Below, one piece after another: positions 22,702 to 32,023 of a stretch of 38,890 nt of DNA. The notes below the pieces were generated by a model. The model was not told the DNA's origin. It saw nothing but the letters and a program-made list of their open reading frames with translations, and made no database searches. Origin of the DNA: an uncultured virus (IMG/VR IMGVR_UViG_3300012665_000884) (taxonomy: Duplodnaviria; Heunggongvirae; Uroviricota; Caudoviricetes); the IMG/VR virus record IMGVR_UViG_3300012665_000884. One strand, 5' to 3'. The translations under genes were made by a program, and so were the position numbers. Numbering within the stretch: the stretch's first letter is position 1; each line of letters starts with the position of its first letter.

Positions 22702-23115
22702 ATGGCTTATATGAATCAAGAGAAAAAAGCAGTTATCAAAGCGGCTTTAGATAAGGCTCTAAAAGGTACCGGCGTTAAATTTTCGTTGTCAGTCTCAAAT
22801 CATACCTCAATTAGTTGCAACATCAAATCTGCTCCTATCGACTTGATTGCAAATATGAATGACGTTTGCCGATGTGCGCCTGGTGCGGATCGTTACGGTA
22901 AGTACCAAGATTCTGTCGGTAATGCCCAAGTTAATCCTTACTGGTACAAGGATCATTTTTCAGGTAAGGCTTTACAAATCATTGACAAAGTTGTGAAAGC
23001 CATGTATAGTGCAAACTACTACAATAATTCTGATGCGATGATAGACTACTTCGATTGTGCTTACTACATACATGTAAATATCGGTAAGTGGGATAAACCT
23101 TTCCAAGTTAAATGA
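22702..23115 (+). CDS. Conserved phage early protein
   Basis: MAYMNQEKK, VKFSLS, NNSDAMIDYFD.AYYIH.NIGKWDKPF. Confidence 0.8.
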   Translation: MAYMNQEKKAVIKAALDKALKGTGVKFSLSVSNHTSISCNIKSAPIDLIANMNDVCRCAPGADRYGKYQDSVGNAQVNPYWYKDHFSGKALQIIDKVVKAMYSANYYNNSDAMIDYFDCAYYIHVNIGKWDKPFQVK

Positions 23116-23220
23116 TAAAATACGCATTAATGAAAAACGGCAAGACTGTGGCTACATTCTACGTTCTTGCCTGCGCCGAAATTTTTCGGCGAGTTACGCG
23201 GAATAGTTATATAGAAGAAT

Positions 23221-23517
23221 ATGAGACCGACAGGAATATACGTATTACAAACGAGTGATGGATTTAGAGTTGCACCCTTAGATTATTATGAAGATTTATT
23301 TGATGGCTACTCTTCTGATATCATCCGTTATGTAAACAGAAAAAAAATAAAAGAAGCATTTGGTGATTGTATTGTTATGGACTACGCAGGTGCGATGGTC
23401 GCAGCCCAAACGATTGCTAAAATGTACCGAGAATGTGACGATGGTATTTTCGTAATGAAAGACTATCAATTTTACAGTTATGAGGAATTAGAAAATGGCA
23501 AGGCTTCCAAGAATTGA
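23221..23517 (+). CDS. Hypothetical protein
   Basis: GIYVLQTSDGFRVA. Confidence 0.7.
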   Translation: MRPTGIYVLQTSDGFRVAPLDYYEDLFDGYSSDIIRYVNRKKIKEAFGDCIVMDYAGAMVAAQTIAKMYRECDDGIFVMKDYQFYSYEELENGKASKN

Positions 23518-24544
23518 AGAACCAAAGTTTGACGGTACAATGTCAAACATACAATTGATGAATTCGTTGAACTGGTATCACCAGACAATGGAGAACAAGG
23601 ATGCAGTAAAATTCATCCAAGAATATGCAAAGAAAAATAAGATTCCTGGTCGAGTTGACACAGGCAAAAGTTATCTAACACTTGGTTGGACGTGCCGCTT
23701 AGTTGCTAATGGTAATGACATTGGTAAGAGTGGAATGGACTTTATTAAGACAAATATGAAAAGTGTTTTGACCGTTGTGGAAGATACACCCATTGCCGTT
23801 GTTGATGCTACACCAACTGTTTCCATCCAAGAAAGATTGAAAGAGAAAGTTGGTGAAATTGCTGGCGACTTGGAAGGTGCGATTGACGAATATATCCTAA
23901 GTGATTATAAGAATGCGCCATCACCACTTGCAATTATGAAAGACCGTGCCAAAGGTCTCCATGCATCACGATTGATTGAACAATTTAAAAAACGCCGTAT
24001 TGAATTTGATGATGTTTTGCACACCGAAGACAAACAGGTTCGTGAAGGCTATTCCAATTTCACTAAACCACAATTGAAAAAGTTGATTGCATATTGCGAT
24101 ACTATCATCACAGATGCCATGAAGATTGCTGGTGAAGCCAAAGTCAATCGTAAGAAACCCAAACGTAAGCAAAAGACTGCCGATCAATTGGTCGCTAATG
24201 TCAAAATCGGTGTTGAGGATACCACTTACAAAATTAAATCTGTGCCTACAAAAGAAATTATTGGTGCAACCCAAATGTGGGTGTTCAATACAAAGTATCG
24301 TAAACTCGGTGTGTATCATGCCGAAGATGCCGGTGGCTTTACCATCAAAGGTACAACAGTACAGAATTTTAGTGAATCAAAATCTATTCAAAAGATTTTA
24401 CGTAAACCTGAAACTGTTTTACCTGATGTACTGAAGGCTGGTAAAATTGCATTGAAAAATATCATGGGTAATATTAGTTCGAATGAATCTACCTTGAATG
24501 GTCGATTGAATGAAGATATTATTCTCCTGCGAGTTATTAAGTAG
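23495..24544 (+). CDS. Conserved T4-like phage protein of unknown function
   Basis: 349 aa; IIGATQMWVFNTKYRKL, KGTT...S.QK.LRKP, NGRLNEDIILLR; upstream of rnh. Confidence 0.85.
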   Translation: MARLPRIEEPKFDGTMSNIQLMNSLNWYHQTMENKDAVKFIQEYAKKNKIPGRVDTGKSYLTLGWTCRLVANGNDIGKSGMDFIKTNMKSVLTVVEDTPIAVVDATPTVSIQERLKEKVGEIAGDLEGAIDEYILSDYKNAPSPLAIMKDRAKGLHASRLIEQFKKRRIEFDDVLHTEDKQVREGYSNFTKPQLKKLIAYCDTIITDAMKIAGEAKVNRKKPKRKQKTADQLVANVKIGVEDTTYKIKSVPTKEIIGATQMWVFNTKYRKLGVYHAEDAGGFTIKGTTVQNFSESKSIQKILRKPETVLPDVLKAGKIALKNIMGNISSNESTLNGRLNEDIILLRVIK

Positions 24545-24593
24545 TGGTATAATTACCTTTACTTTTCCTGAAACCTAATGTATAATGTGAACT

Positions 24594-25418
24594 ATGCTAA
24601 TATTTGACTTTAATCAGATTGTTATCGCCAATCTAATGGAACAAATTGGTTCCACCAAAACTGCGGTTGATGAATCTTTGGTACGACACATGGTCCTAAA
24701 TACCATCCGTGCCAACGTTCGGAAGTATCGGGAATACGGAGAAGTTATCATTGCTTGTGACAGTAAACATTACTGGCGCCGTGATATCTTTCCACACTAT
24801 AAAGCAGGACGTAAGAAGGGCCGTGAAGCATCTGGACACGACTGGACATCCATCTTTGAATGTATGTCTAAGGTGCGTGAAGAACTAAAACAACATTCAC
24901 CATATAAAGTGATTGATGTTTATGGCGCAGAAGCCGATGATGTGATTGGTGTATTGACACAGGCATATGGACTACGTGAGAAGATTATGATTCTCTCAAG
25001 TGATAAAGACTTTGTTCAATTACAAGTTAATCCTAACGTGAAACAGTACTCACCTAGCATGAAGAAAACAATTACCTCAGACGATCCAATTGTTCAATTA
25101 AAAGAACTAATTATTCGCGGTGATACTGGTGATGGTATTCCAAACATCCTGTCTCCGGACAATTCGTTTGTTGATAGTATTCGCCAAAAGCCTGTCACCG
25201 CAAAATTTCTTGCTGAGTTCGAAGCGAATAAAGAGAAGCACCAACGCAACTTTGATCGCAACAAACAATTGATTGATTTGTCATGTATTCCTGATTCAGT
25301 GTCTAAAAATATTATAGATACGTATGAAGAACTAAAACCTGCGAACAAGCAAAAGTTTATGAACTATATGATTGCTAATCGCCTCAAGAATTTACTTGAA
25401 GTAATTGACGAATTTTAA
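24594..25418 (+). CDS. rnh: T4-like RNase H (5'-3' exonuclease)
   Basis: RHMVLNTI, YWRRDIFPHYKAGRKK, EADDVIG, SSDKDFVQL, GDTGDGIPNILS. Confidence 0.92.
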   Translation: MLIFDFNQIVIANLMEQIGSTKTAVDESLVRHMVLNTIRANVRKYREYGEVIIACDSKHYWRRDIFPHYKAGRKKGREASGHDWTSIFECMSKVREELKQHSPYKVIDVYGAEADDVIGVLTQAYGLREKIMILSSDKDFVQLQVNPNVKQYSPSMKKTITSDDPIVQLKELIIRGDTGDGIPNILSPDNSFVDSIRQKPVTAKFLAEFEANKEKHQRNFDRNKQLIDLSCIPDSVSKNIIDTYEELKPANKQKFMNYMIANRLKNLLEVIDEF

Positions 25419-25425
25419 GGATAAA

Positions 25426-25860
25426 ATGAAATCTAATCTAATGTACCACGAAGTATTTGCCCTTTTTGAAAAGGCAGAGAAACGTACGGATAAAGTTAAC
25501 GTGCTACGCACACATGCAGACCAAAACTTTTTACAGTTTTTGATTGCGGCATTCGACAAAAATATTGTGTTTGATGTTGAAATTCCACAATACAAACCAT
25601 CTATAGACCCTGCTGGACTGAATATGCTATACTTGCATAATGAGGTACCAAAGATGTATTTGTATATTGTTGGACATCCTCGTAGACCAGAAGGTTATGG
25701 TGGAGAAAAACAGAGTAATAAACTAGCGAGTATTCTTGAAGGACTACATGCTGATGAAGCGGACCTGATGGTACGTTGTATCAAAAAGGACTTGAAGATT
25801 CCGTTTTTGACACCAAATTTAATTAAACAAACATTTACAGGTATTGATTTGGAGACTTAA
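25426..25860 (+). CDS. Conserved T4-like hypothetical protein
   Basis: AAGGA SD; LEGLHADEADLM; follows rnh. Confidence 0.75.
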   Translation: MKSNLMYHEVFALFEKAEKRTDKVNVLRTHADQNFLQFLIAAFDKNIVFDVEIPQYKPSIDPAGLNMLYLHNEVPKMYLYIVGHPRRPEGYGGEKQSNKLASILEGLHADEADLMVRCIKKDLKIPFLTPNLIKQTFTGIDLET

Positions 25861-26058
25861 ATGAGTGACGGTGGCAAAGGCAGTAAGCCAAGACCTATTA
25901 GTGTTTCGCAACAAGAATATGACAATCGTTGGGATAATATTTTTTGTCGTGATTTAAAAGAAGATGTTATTGAAATGCCTGGCACTATCGGTAGTGCTAA
26001 GGTAACTTTTGGAAATGAAAATGAAAGTAGCGATAGTAACTCCAACAATCGGAAGTGA
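25861..26058 (+). CDS. Conserved small hypothetical protein
   Basis: MSDGGKGSKPRP...YDNRWDNIF. Confidence 0.7.
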   Translation: MSDGGKGSKPRPISVSQQEYDNRWDNIFCRDLKEDVIEMPGTIGSAKVTFGNENESSDSNSNNRK

Positions 26059-26785
26059 ACACCTATCTAAATGTCTTGAATCTGTAGATGAACAAACATA
26101 CACAGATTTAAAGCATTATGTTTTCTCGGATGGTGTAGAACACTTTGAATGCATTCAGGAACAACTTGAAGGTGCATCCAAAGTTTTGAATGTCTCTTTA
26201 GAAGATAATGTCGGTAAGGGCTGGTATGGACACCGTGTATATGCGGCATGTTCATTCTTGGTCAATGCTGACGTTATCATTTATTTGGATGAAGATAATT
26301 GGCTAGAGCCAGATCATGTTGAAAAAATGGTCATGAAATTGAATGAGGGTTATGACTGGGTTTATTCACTACGAAAAATTTATGACAAGGAAGGTAACTT
26401 CATTTGTGAAGACAATTGCGAAAGTCTCGGTAAGTGGCCAACATTCTTTGACGAGAATGTCCACCATATTGACACCTCCTGTTTTGCTGTTCGCCGTGAT
26501 ATTGCTGTTCGTATTGGCCACGCATGGTATGGACAGTGGGGTGCTGATAGACAGTTTTATAAAGCACTATCAACCCATTTTTCCAATTACTCATGCACTA
26601 ATGAACACACAGTTAACTATCGCTTAGATGGTAATGAAAATTCTGTGAAGCCAGAATTTTTCGAATTAGGCAATGCTCGTAATGCACAAAATTATAATGG
26701 AAAATTCCCATGGAAAATGAACAGCGTATCGCACTGGTCACAGGTGCCGCAGGCTATCTCGGTTCTCACCTCTGCAAACGACTAA
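26021..26785 (+). CDS. Glycosyltransferase family 2
   Basis: KVAIVTPT, LESVDEQTY, YLDEDNW (DxD motif), GADRQF. Confidence 0.85.
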   Translation: MKVAIVTPTIGSEHLSKCLESVDEQTYTDLKHYVFSDGVEHFECIQEQLEGASKVLNVSLEDNVGKGWYGHRVYAACSFLVNADVIIYLDEDNWLEPDHVEKMVMKLNEGYDWVYSLRKIYDKEGNFICEDNCESLGKWPTFFDENVHHIDTSCFAVRRDIAVRIGHAWYGQWGADRQFYKALSTHFSNYSCTNEHTVNYRLDGNENSVKPEFFELGNARNAQNYNGKFPWKMNSVSHWSQVPQAISVLTSAND

Positions 26786-27666
26786 AGAAAGAAGGTTGGT
26801 TTGTAATTGGATTAGACCTTTTACATTCCCAACATTCTTATTGGGACAGATGGAATCAATCCAGCGTACTGGATTCTAAAGCATTGGAATCTATATTCGC
26901 TAATTACAAAGTGAATACAGTATTTCATTTTGCTGGACGAATTGAAGTTGGTGAATCGGTGGAAAATCCAACCGAGTTTTGGTTGAACAACACCGCAGGC
27001 ACAATTCACGTTCTGGATGTAATGAAAAGATTTGATTGTAAAAAAATTATATTTTCTTCCACCGCTGGTGTGTATTGGTCTGGCAGTATACCAATAGAAG
27101 AATGTGAAGCCACGATAAACTATAATCCATATGCCGGCAGTAAGATTGCAGCCGAGAATGCTATTAAAGAGTCTGGTATTAATTATGTTATTTTTCGTTT
27201 CTTCAATCTAGCTGGCGCTGATTCGGATGGAGAACTTGGTGAAGATCACTATCCAGAGACACATCTTATTCCCAGAATCTTGCAAAATCTAAATACTTTT
27301 GAGGTATACGGTGATAACTATCGCACAGTAGATGGCACAGCCGAACGTGATTATGTTCACGTTGAGGATGTTGTTGATGCGAATATTCAGGCCATCAAAT
27401 ACCTTGATGATGGCAATTCATCAGAAATTATCAATTTAGGTTGTGGCGTAGGATACACCGTATTAGAAATTATTCAAACAGTTAAGCTAGTTACAGGACA
27501 CCGTGTTCAATATGTGTTGAAGCCACCGCGTGAAGGTGATCCGGATATATTGGTAGCGAATATTTCAAAAGCAAAAAAATTATTAAATTATGAACCTAAA
27601 CATGAAATCACATCAATCATCAAAAGTGCCTACAGGTGGGAGAAAAAAAGAAAACGATATAATTGA
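26710..27666 (+). CDS. galE: UDP-glucose 4-epimerase
   Basis: TGAAGYLGSH, HFAGRIEVGES, FSSTA, YAGSK, FRFFNLAGA, ETHLIP, DGTAERDYVHV. Confidence 0.9.
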   Translation: MENEQRIALVTGAAGYLGSHLCKRLKKEGWFVIGLDLLHSQHSYWDRWNQSSVLDSKALESIFANYKVNTVFHFAGRIEVGESVENPTEFWLNNTAGTIHVLDVMKRFDCKKIIFSSTAGVYWSGSIPIEECEATINYNPYAGSKIAAENAIKESGINYVIFRFFNLAGADSDGELGEDHYPETHLIPRILQNLNTFEVYGDNYRTVDGTAERDYVHVEDVVDANIQAIKYLDDGNSSEIINLGCGVGYTVLEIIQTVKLVTGHRVQYVLKPPREGDPDILVANISKAKKLLNYEPKHEITSIIKSAYRWEKKRKRYN

Positions 27667-28213
27667 AATTCCTGTACCTGTACGGGACCTATTCGATAAT
27701 ACTCTTCTTAAAAATCATGCGTTCTATCTCTTTGGCGATATTGAAGGAGAAAATATTGCTGATGCAATAAAATGGATTGTTTATGAAAATTCAATCAAAG
27801 AAGGATCAGAACTCACATTGTATATTAATTCACAGGGCGGCGATTTGTATCAGGCACTTGGATTGATTGATATGATGCGCCTCAGTGGAAAGCCTATACA
27901 TACGATAGGACTCGGTGCAGTAATGTCTGCCGCATTCTTGATTTTTGCTGCCGGCACTAAAGAATTTAGATTCATCACCAAAAACTGTGGTATAATGTGT
28001 CACCAGTATTCGGACACTTATGAAGGTAAGCATCACGACTTGAAGTCCTTCACAAAAGAAGCCGAACTAACAAATATGCGAATGTTAAATATTCTCCAAG
28101 AAGCCACGGGCATGACCGCACGTGAAGTAAAATCTAAACTTCTATCACCTAGCGATGTTTGGATGTCGGCAGAAGAACTTGTAAAGTTGGGTGTAGCAGA
28201 TTTTATTCTATAA
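27590..28213 (+). CDS. clpP: ClpP-like protease
   Basis: LYINSQGG, GAVMSAA (Ser), IMCHQ (His), DVWMSAEE (Asp), LGVADFI. Confidence 0.88.
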   Translation: MNLNMKSHQSSKVPTGGRKKENDIIEIPVPVRDLFDNTLLKNHAFYLFGDIEGENIADAIKWIVYENSIKEGSELTLYINSQGGDLYQALGLIDMMRLSGKPIHTIGLGAVMSAAFLIFAAGTKEFRFITKNCGIMCHQYSDTYEGKHHDLKSFTKEAELTNMRMLNILQEATGMTAREVKSKLLSPSDVWMSAEELVKLGVADFIL

Positions 28214-28231
28214 GGATTTATGAGAGTAGGT

Positions 28232-28411
28232 ATGATTGGCGCAACGAAAATCGAGAGGGTCAACAAGACCAAATTTCGGAAGAATGAAGACAACACTGAC
28301 ACAAGAGGTCAGAAGAAAAAACACCACGACAAATCGTTTTATCGGTTAATGAAAGAGGATGAAGATTATGACTATACTAGAAACATTACAAAAGCAAATA
28401 AAAGAGGTTGA
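28232..28411 (+). CDS. Small charged hypothetical protein
   Basis: ORF track; start uncertain. Confidence 0.55.
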   Translation: MIGATKIERVNKTKFRKNEDNTDTRGQKKKHHDKSFYRLMKEDEDYDYTRNITKANKRG

Positions 28412-28535
28412 GGCACGTATTGCCAAAGACCAAGGCGAGGCACGTGACTTGAAGGAGTTGCTGGCACGTTTACGTATGCAAGAATTTGAGGAAGATATCA
28501 AGGAATCCCAGGGTAGACAATTACTCCAAGGATAG
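28368..28535 (+). CDS. Small coiled-coil protein (55 aa)
   Basis: Manual translation MTILETLQKQIKEVEARIAK...QEFEEDIKESQGRQLLQG. Confidence 0.6.
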   Translation: MTILETLQKQIKEVEARIAKDQGEARDLKELLARLRMQEFEEDIKESQGRQLLQG

Positions 28536-28586
28536 TTGTTTTTCTGCAACAGTCTGGTTGCATTCTCACCGGACCTGTGCTATAAT
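28535..28586 (+). promoter_or_regulatory. Promoter with upstream GTTG-N8-CAAC site
   Basis: GTTGtttttctgCAAC 28535-28550, TTGCAT 28558, TGcTATAAT ending 28586. Confidence 0.7.
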
Positions 28587-28614
28587 GTTTATTATGTTAA
28601 CGAAAGGGCGTCAC

Positions 28615-28860
28615 ATGAATGACTTTGACCGAGAGAATATTGAACACTTATTGACATGTTCAAACAATGAATTTAATGAGTGGGCGAATGCGATGGACAC
28701 GGATACATTGCTTTACACTATTAAACTTATCCAACAAGCCAAGATTGAATTGGCACTAGAAGAACTTAAACTGATTGATTCTTTAGAATCTGAATCGGTT
28801 TCACAGGAAGCCCTCATCGAGGCAAATGCGGTACTAAGCCGTTTCACATTGAAAGGCTAA
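28615..28860 (+). CDS. Hypothetical protein
   Basis: MNDFDRENIEHLL...EANAVLSRFTL. Confidence 0.7.
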   Translation: MNDFDRENIEHLLTCSNNEFNEWANAMDTDTLLYTIKLIQQAKIELALEELKLIDSLESESVSQEALIEANAVLSRFTLKG

Positions 28861-28862
28861 TC

Positions 28863-29057
28863 ATGGACCAGTTCGCATTTATGGTAGACACACTTACCGA
28901 TTACAACACCAAATACATTAATAAGTATATCCAAGAAGATGAAATCAGCACAAACGAATCGTTGGCACTGGTAGAATCTACTCTACTACACGGGTACACA
29001 ATTCGAGAAGTGGCCGAATACAAAACAACAACCAAACGTATTACCGAAAAGGTGTAA
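28863..29057 (+). CDS. Hypothetical protein
   Basis: ORF track. Confidence 0.6.
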   Translation: MDQFAFMVDTLTDYNTKYINKYIQEDEISTNESLALVESTLLHGYTIREVAEYKTTTKRITEKV

Positions 29058-29184
29058 GTATGATAAAAGAATTTCCTTTTTACTTGGAAGCGTGGAATTG
29101 GTGCCGTCAAAATTCGGTTGACATTACGAAAATTACCCGTTATAATTGGAAGACTTGGACAGTTAAAGTTAACAGAGTGAAATA

Positions 29185-29529
29185 ATGATTTACACATCAA
29201 CCCGTTCGAAAAAACGTAACCCAACGAAAAAGCAACTGGCAGAATACCAGAATTGGCTTGATGAAATTAGTTCTATGAAAACTAATTTCGGTAGAGGCAA
29301 ATCGAATGTGGTTGTTGTAAATTCCATTCCTAAGTTGACAACACCTGTGGGTCGTGTAACAACAAAGTATTCATCATTAGTAACTCCTGGTGGCTCATGC
29401 ACAAAACCAGTCCACGGAAAAGTCTACACTGGCACCGCCATGAAGGGAATCGGAACGTTGCATAAAAGCAACGGTATTCCCATTTTCTCTGACGAGGAAG
29501 CCAGAGACTTGGCCACGATGCGGAGATAA
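29185..29529 (+). CDS. Conserved T4-like hypothetical protein
   Basis: YTGTAMKGIGTLHKSNGIPIFS...A.DLATMRR. Confidence 0.8.
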   Translation: MIYTSTRSKKRNPTKKQLAEYQNWLDEISSMKTNFGRGKSNVVVVNSIPKLTTPVGRVTTKYSSLVTPGGSCTKPVHGKVYTGTAMKGIGTLHKSNGIPIFSDEEARDLATMRR

Positions 29530-29656
29530 AATGCTAGTCAGCCTATCAACCGCCGATCTATTCGTCCTAGGCCTCTTCCTAGGAGGGTTATTCGGTAGAT
29601 TGGTTACTTTTGGAATCATGGCCTGCTGGCTTGTTGTTTCAATGCTATTAAAGTAG

Positions 29657-29716
29657 TTGACTATTTTAGTCAGGTATTAAAATAGTGCTTGACAATTATT
29701 ACCAGCCTGTTATACT
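29657..29716 (+). promoter_or_regulatory. Early promoter module
   Basis: TGACTA-ttt-TAGTCA-GGTATT, TTGACA 29689, TATACT 29711. Confidence 0.8.
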
Positions 29717-29747
29717 ATATTCATAGATTGATAGAAAGAGGTCGAAA

Positions 29748-30497
29748 ATGAAATTGCTTTCCACTGGTAATCCCAAAGTTCTCAAAGGTATAAAACAAGG
29801 TTTTAATACTTACATCTTACACTTGGCACCTGCTGATGTGTCTGGTTATGAAACTTGTCCTAAGCGTACCAACGGCTGTACTGCCGCCTGTTTGAATCTT
29901 GCTGGACGAGGTGGTATGTTTAAGCGTGGCGAGACAACTAACGTTATCCAAGAAGCCCGTAAGCGTAAGACAAAAATGTTTTTCGAAAATCGTACCGAGT
30001 TTATGGCTCAATTGGTAAAAGATATTGAATTGGGTATTAAACAATCCGCACGTATGGATTTGGTACCTGTGTTCCGATTGAACGGCACATCCGATTTGTC
30101 GTTCGAAAAATATGAAGTGGTTCGCAACGGTATCACTTACCGCAATATTTTTGCCGCTTTTCCTGAGACACAATTTTACGACTACACTAAAATTCTCGGT
30201 CGTAAGGTGAAAGATATTCCTAACTATCAGTTGACATTTTCTGCCGCTGATGGTAATGATGCCGATGTTTATCGTGCTATTGCAGAAGGCTTAAATGTTG
30301 CTACTGTGTTCGGTCTTAAAAAGACTGAGCCAATGCCAGAATTTTATAACGGTCTTCCTGTGTTCAACGGTGATGAATCGGACTTGCGATTCTTGGATCC
30401 AAAAGGCGTTGTTGTTGGTTTGTATGCTAAAGGCAAAGCCAAAAAAGATACCAGCGGTTTCGTTAAGTATCCATCTATTATGTTGAAAGCCGCATGA
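29748..30497 (+). CDS. Gp88-like protein with a radical-SAM-like Cys motif
   Basis: TCPKRTNGCTAACL, RLNGTSD, QFYDYTK, NYQLTFS, GDESDLRFLD. Confidence 0.75.
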   Translation: MKLLSTGNPKVLKGIKQGFNTYILHLAPADVSGYETCPKRTNGCTAACLNLAGRGGMFKRGETTNVIQEARKRKTKMFFENRTEFMAQLVKDIELGIKQSARMDLVPVFRLNGTSDLSFEKYEVVRNGITYRNIFAAFPETQFYDYTKILGRKVKDIPNYQLTFSAADGNDADVYRAIAEGLNVATVFGLKKTEPMPEFYNGLPVFNGDESDLRFLDPKGVVVGLYAKGKAKKDTSGFVKYPSIMLKAA

Positions 30498-30569
30498 TTA
30501 CCATGAAACTGGTTGACATGTATTCCAATTCCTGTTACACTAACTTATCTGAATTTAATGGAGTTTATT

Positions 30570-30932
30570 ATGACTAAAGCCAAAATCGTGAAGCCTGAAA
30601 AAACTGTTCGTATGACAGCTTGGGAAAAAGTATTAGAAGTTTTGATGACAGGAAAACCTGTCGATAAAAAAGTGTTTGATGACATGTTGGGTGCGACAAG
30701 TTACAAAATTTCCGCATACATCCTTTACTGTAAGAATGAACGAACTAAGGCTGTCATTCGTGCAAACAAAGATGGTCGCAAAGTTGTATCATATCAACTT
30801 ATGAATCCCAAAGAAGTTGAACAGTATTGGGCGAATCGTGGTATCACGCTAGGTAGTGTGAAATCATTGGTAGACTTGAATGCTGAACCTACCGTAGTGG
30901 AAGATTACTCGGTAGAATCTGAAACTGTTTAA
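30570..30932 (+). CDS. Hypothetical protein, possibly winged-helix
   Basis: GGAG SD; YKISAYI...IRANKDGRKVVSYQL. Confidence 0.7.
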   Translation: MTKAKIVKPEKTVRMTAWEKVLEVLMTGKPVDKKVFDDMLGATSYKISAYILYCKNERTKAVIRANKDGRKVVSYQLMNPKEVEQYWANRGITLGSVKSLVDLNAEPTVVEDYSVESETV

Positions 30933-30989
30933 GTGTTATTACTCACTAGTGGTCCGAGATTCGTCTCGGACATTTTTAATGGAGAAAAT

Positions 30990-31145
30990 ATGTGGAGACT
31001 TTGGTCTAAAGCACTAGGAGAAAAAGTCGGTAAAGATGATGCTGAGGCAGATAAAATTGCTTGTATTCGTACCGCTATTGTGTTATGCTACGTTATCACA
31101 AACTTTTTTATCGTTGCTGGCGTGATTCGCCACTGGAATGACTAA
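30990..31145 (+). CDS. Conserved small membrane protein
   Basis: MWRLWSKALGEK...ADKIACIRT...IVAGVIRHW. Confidence 0.75.
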   Translation: MWRLWSKALGEKVGKDDAEADKIACIRTAIVLCYVITNFFIVAGVIRHWND

Positions 31146-31675
31146 TGAATATCTTTTACCTCGACCACGATGTTGCCGCATGTGCTAAGATGCATAATAA
31201 CAAGCACGTGGTAAAAATGATTCTCGAATATGCACAATTACTCTCTACTGCTCACAGGTTTCTTGATGGGTCTGAGTCCGTTGGTCTTTCTAGTTCTGGT
31301 CGGAAAAAGAAAGTATGGACGTTGCCTGACAGCCGCGATAGTATTCTCTATTCTGCTACTCATATCAATCACCCCTCTGCCGTTTGGGTAAGACAGTCTG
31401 ATGCCAACTATGCTTGGTTGTACAGAATGTTTGGCGCACTGATGGACGAATATACATATCGTTATGGTAAAATCCATTCGTGTGAAAGACTTGCACAAAC
31501 ACTGAGTTACAGACCCAAAAATATTCCTACTGGTCCATTCACCGAACCAACACCCGCTATGCCAGATGAATTGAAAATTCCTGGCGATGCTATTAATTCG
31601 TATCGTAACTATTACCGTACAAGCAAAACACATTTGGCCAACTGGAAAAATCGTCCAGTCCCAAATTGGTTTTAA
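31145..31675 (+). CDS. Pyrimidine-dimer DNA glycosylase (DenV-like family)
   Basis: MNIFYLD, KHVVKMILEYAQLLSTAH, THINHPSAVW, EYTYRYGKIH, AMPDE..SYRNYY. Confidence 0.75.
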   Translation: MNIFYLDHDVAACAKMHNNKHVVKMILEYAQLLSTAHRFLDGSESVGLSSSGRKKKVWTLPDSRDSILYSATHINHPSAVWVRQSDANYAWLYRMFGALMDEYTYRYGKIHSCERLAQTLSYRPKNIPTGPFTEPTPAMPDELKIPGDAINSYRNYYRTSKTHLANWKNRPVPNWF

Positions 31676-31693
31676 CATATATACTCCTATAAC

Positions 31694-32011
31694 ATGCCAA
31701 CGTATAATTTTATTGACACAGAAACTGGTGAAGTGTTCGAATCGTTTATGAAAATTTCTGAACGTGAAGAATATCTAAAAACCAATCCCCATATTCAGAC
31801 TGTGATGACTGCACCAGCGATTGTGTCCGGTGTCTCAACGTCTACCCAATACCGTGTGCCAGACGGTTTCAAAGAAGTCCTCTCTAAAGTTGCAGAGAAC
31901 CACCGCGGAAGTGATTTCGCAAACAAACACATCCGTAAATCAATCAAAGAAGTTAAGACTGAGCAGGTTGTTAAGAAGCACGTAGAGAGGATCACTGGCG
32001 TAAAAACTTAA
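31694..32011 (+). CDS. FmdB-like regulatory protein
   Basis: MPTYNF...GEVFE...YLKTNPHI...DGFKEVLSKV; upstream of phoH. Confidence 0.7.
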   Translation: MPTYNFIDTETGEVFESFMKISEREEYLKTNPHIQTVMTAPAIVSGVSTSTQYRVPDGFKEVLSKVAENHRGSDFANKHIRKSIKEVKTEQVVKKHVERITGVKT

Positions 32012-32023
32012 CAAAGGGAACTC

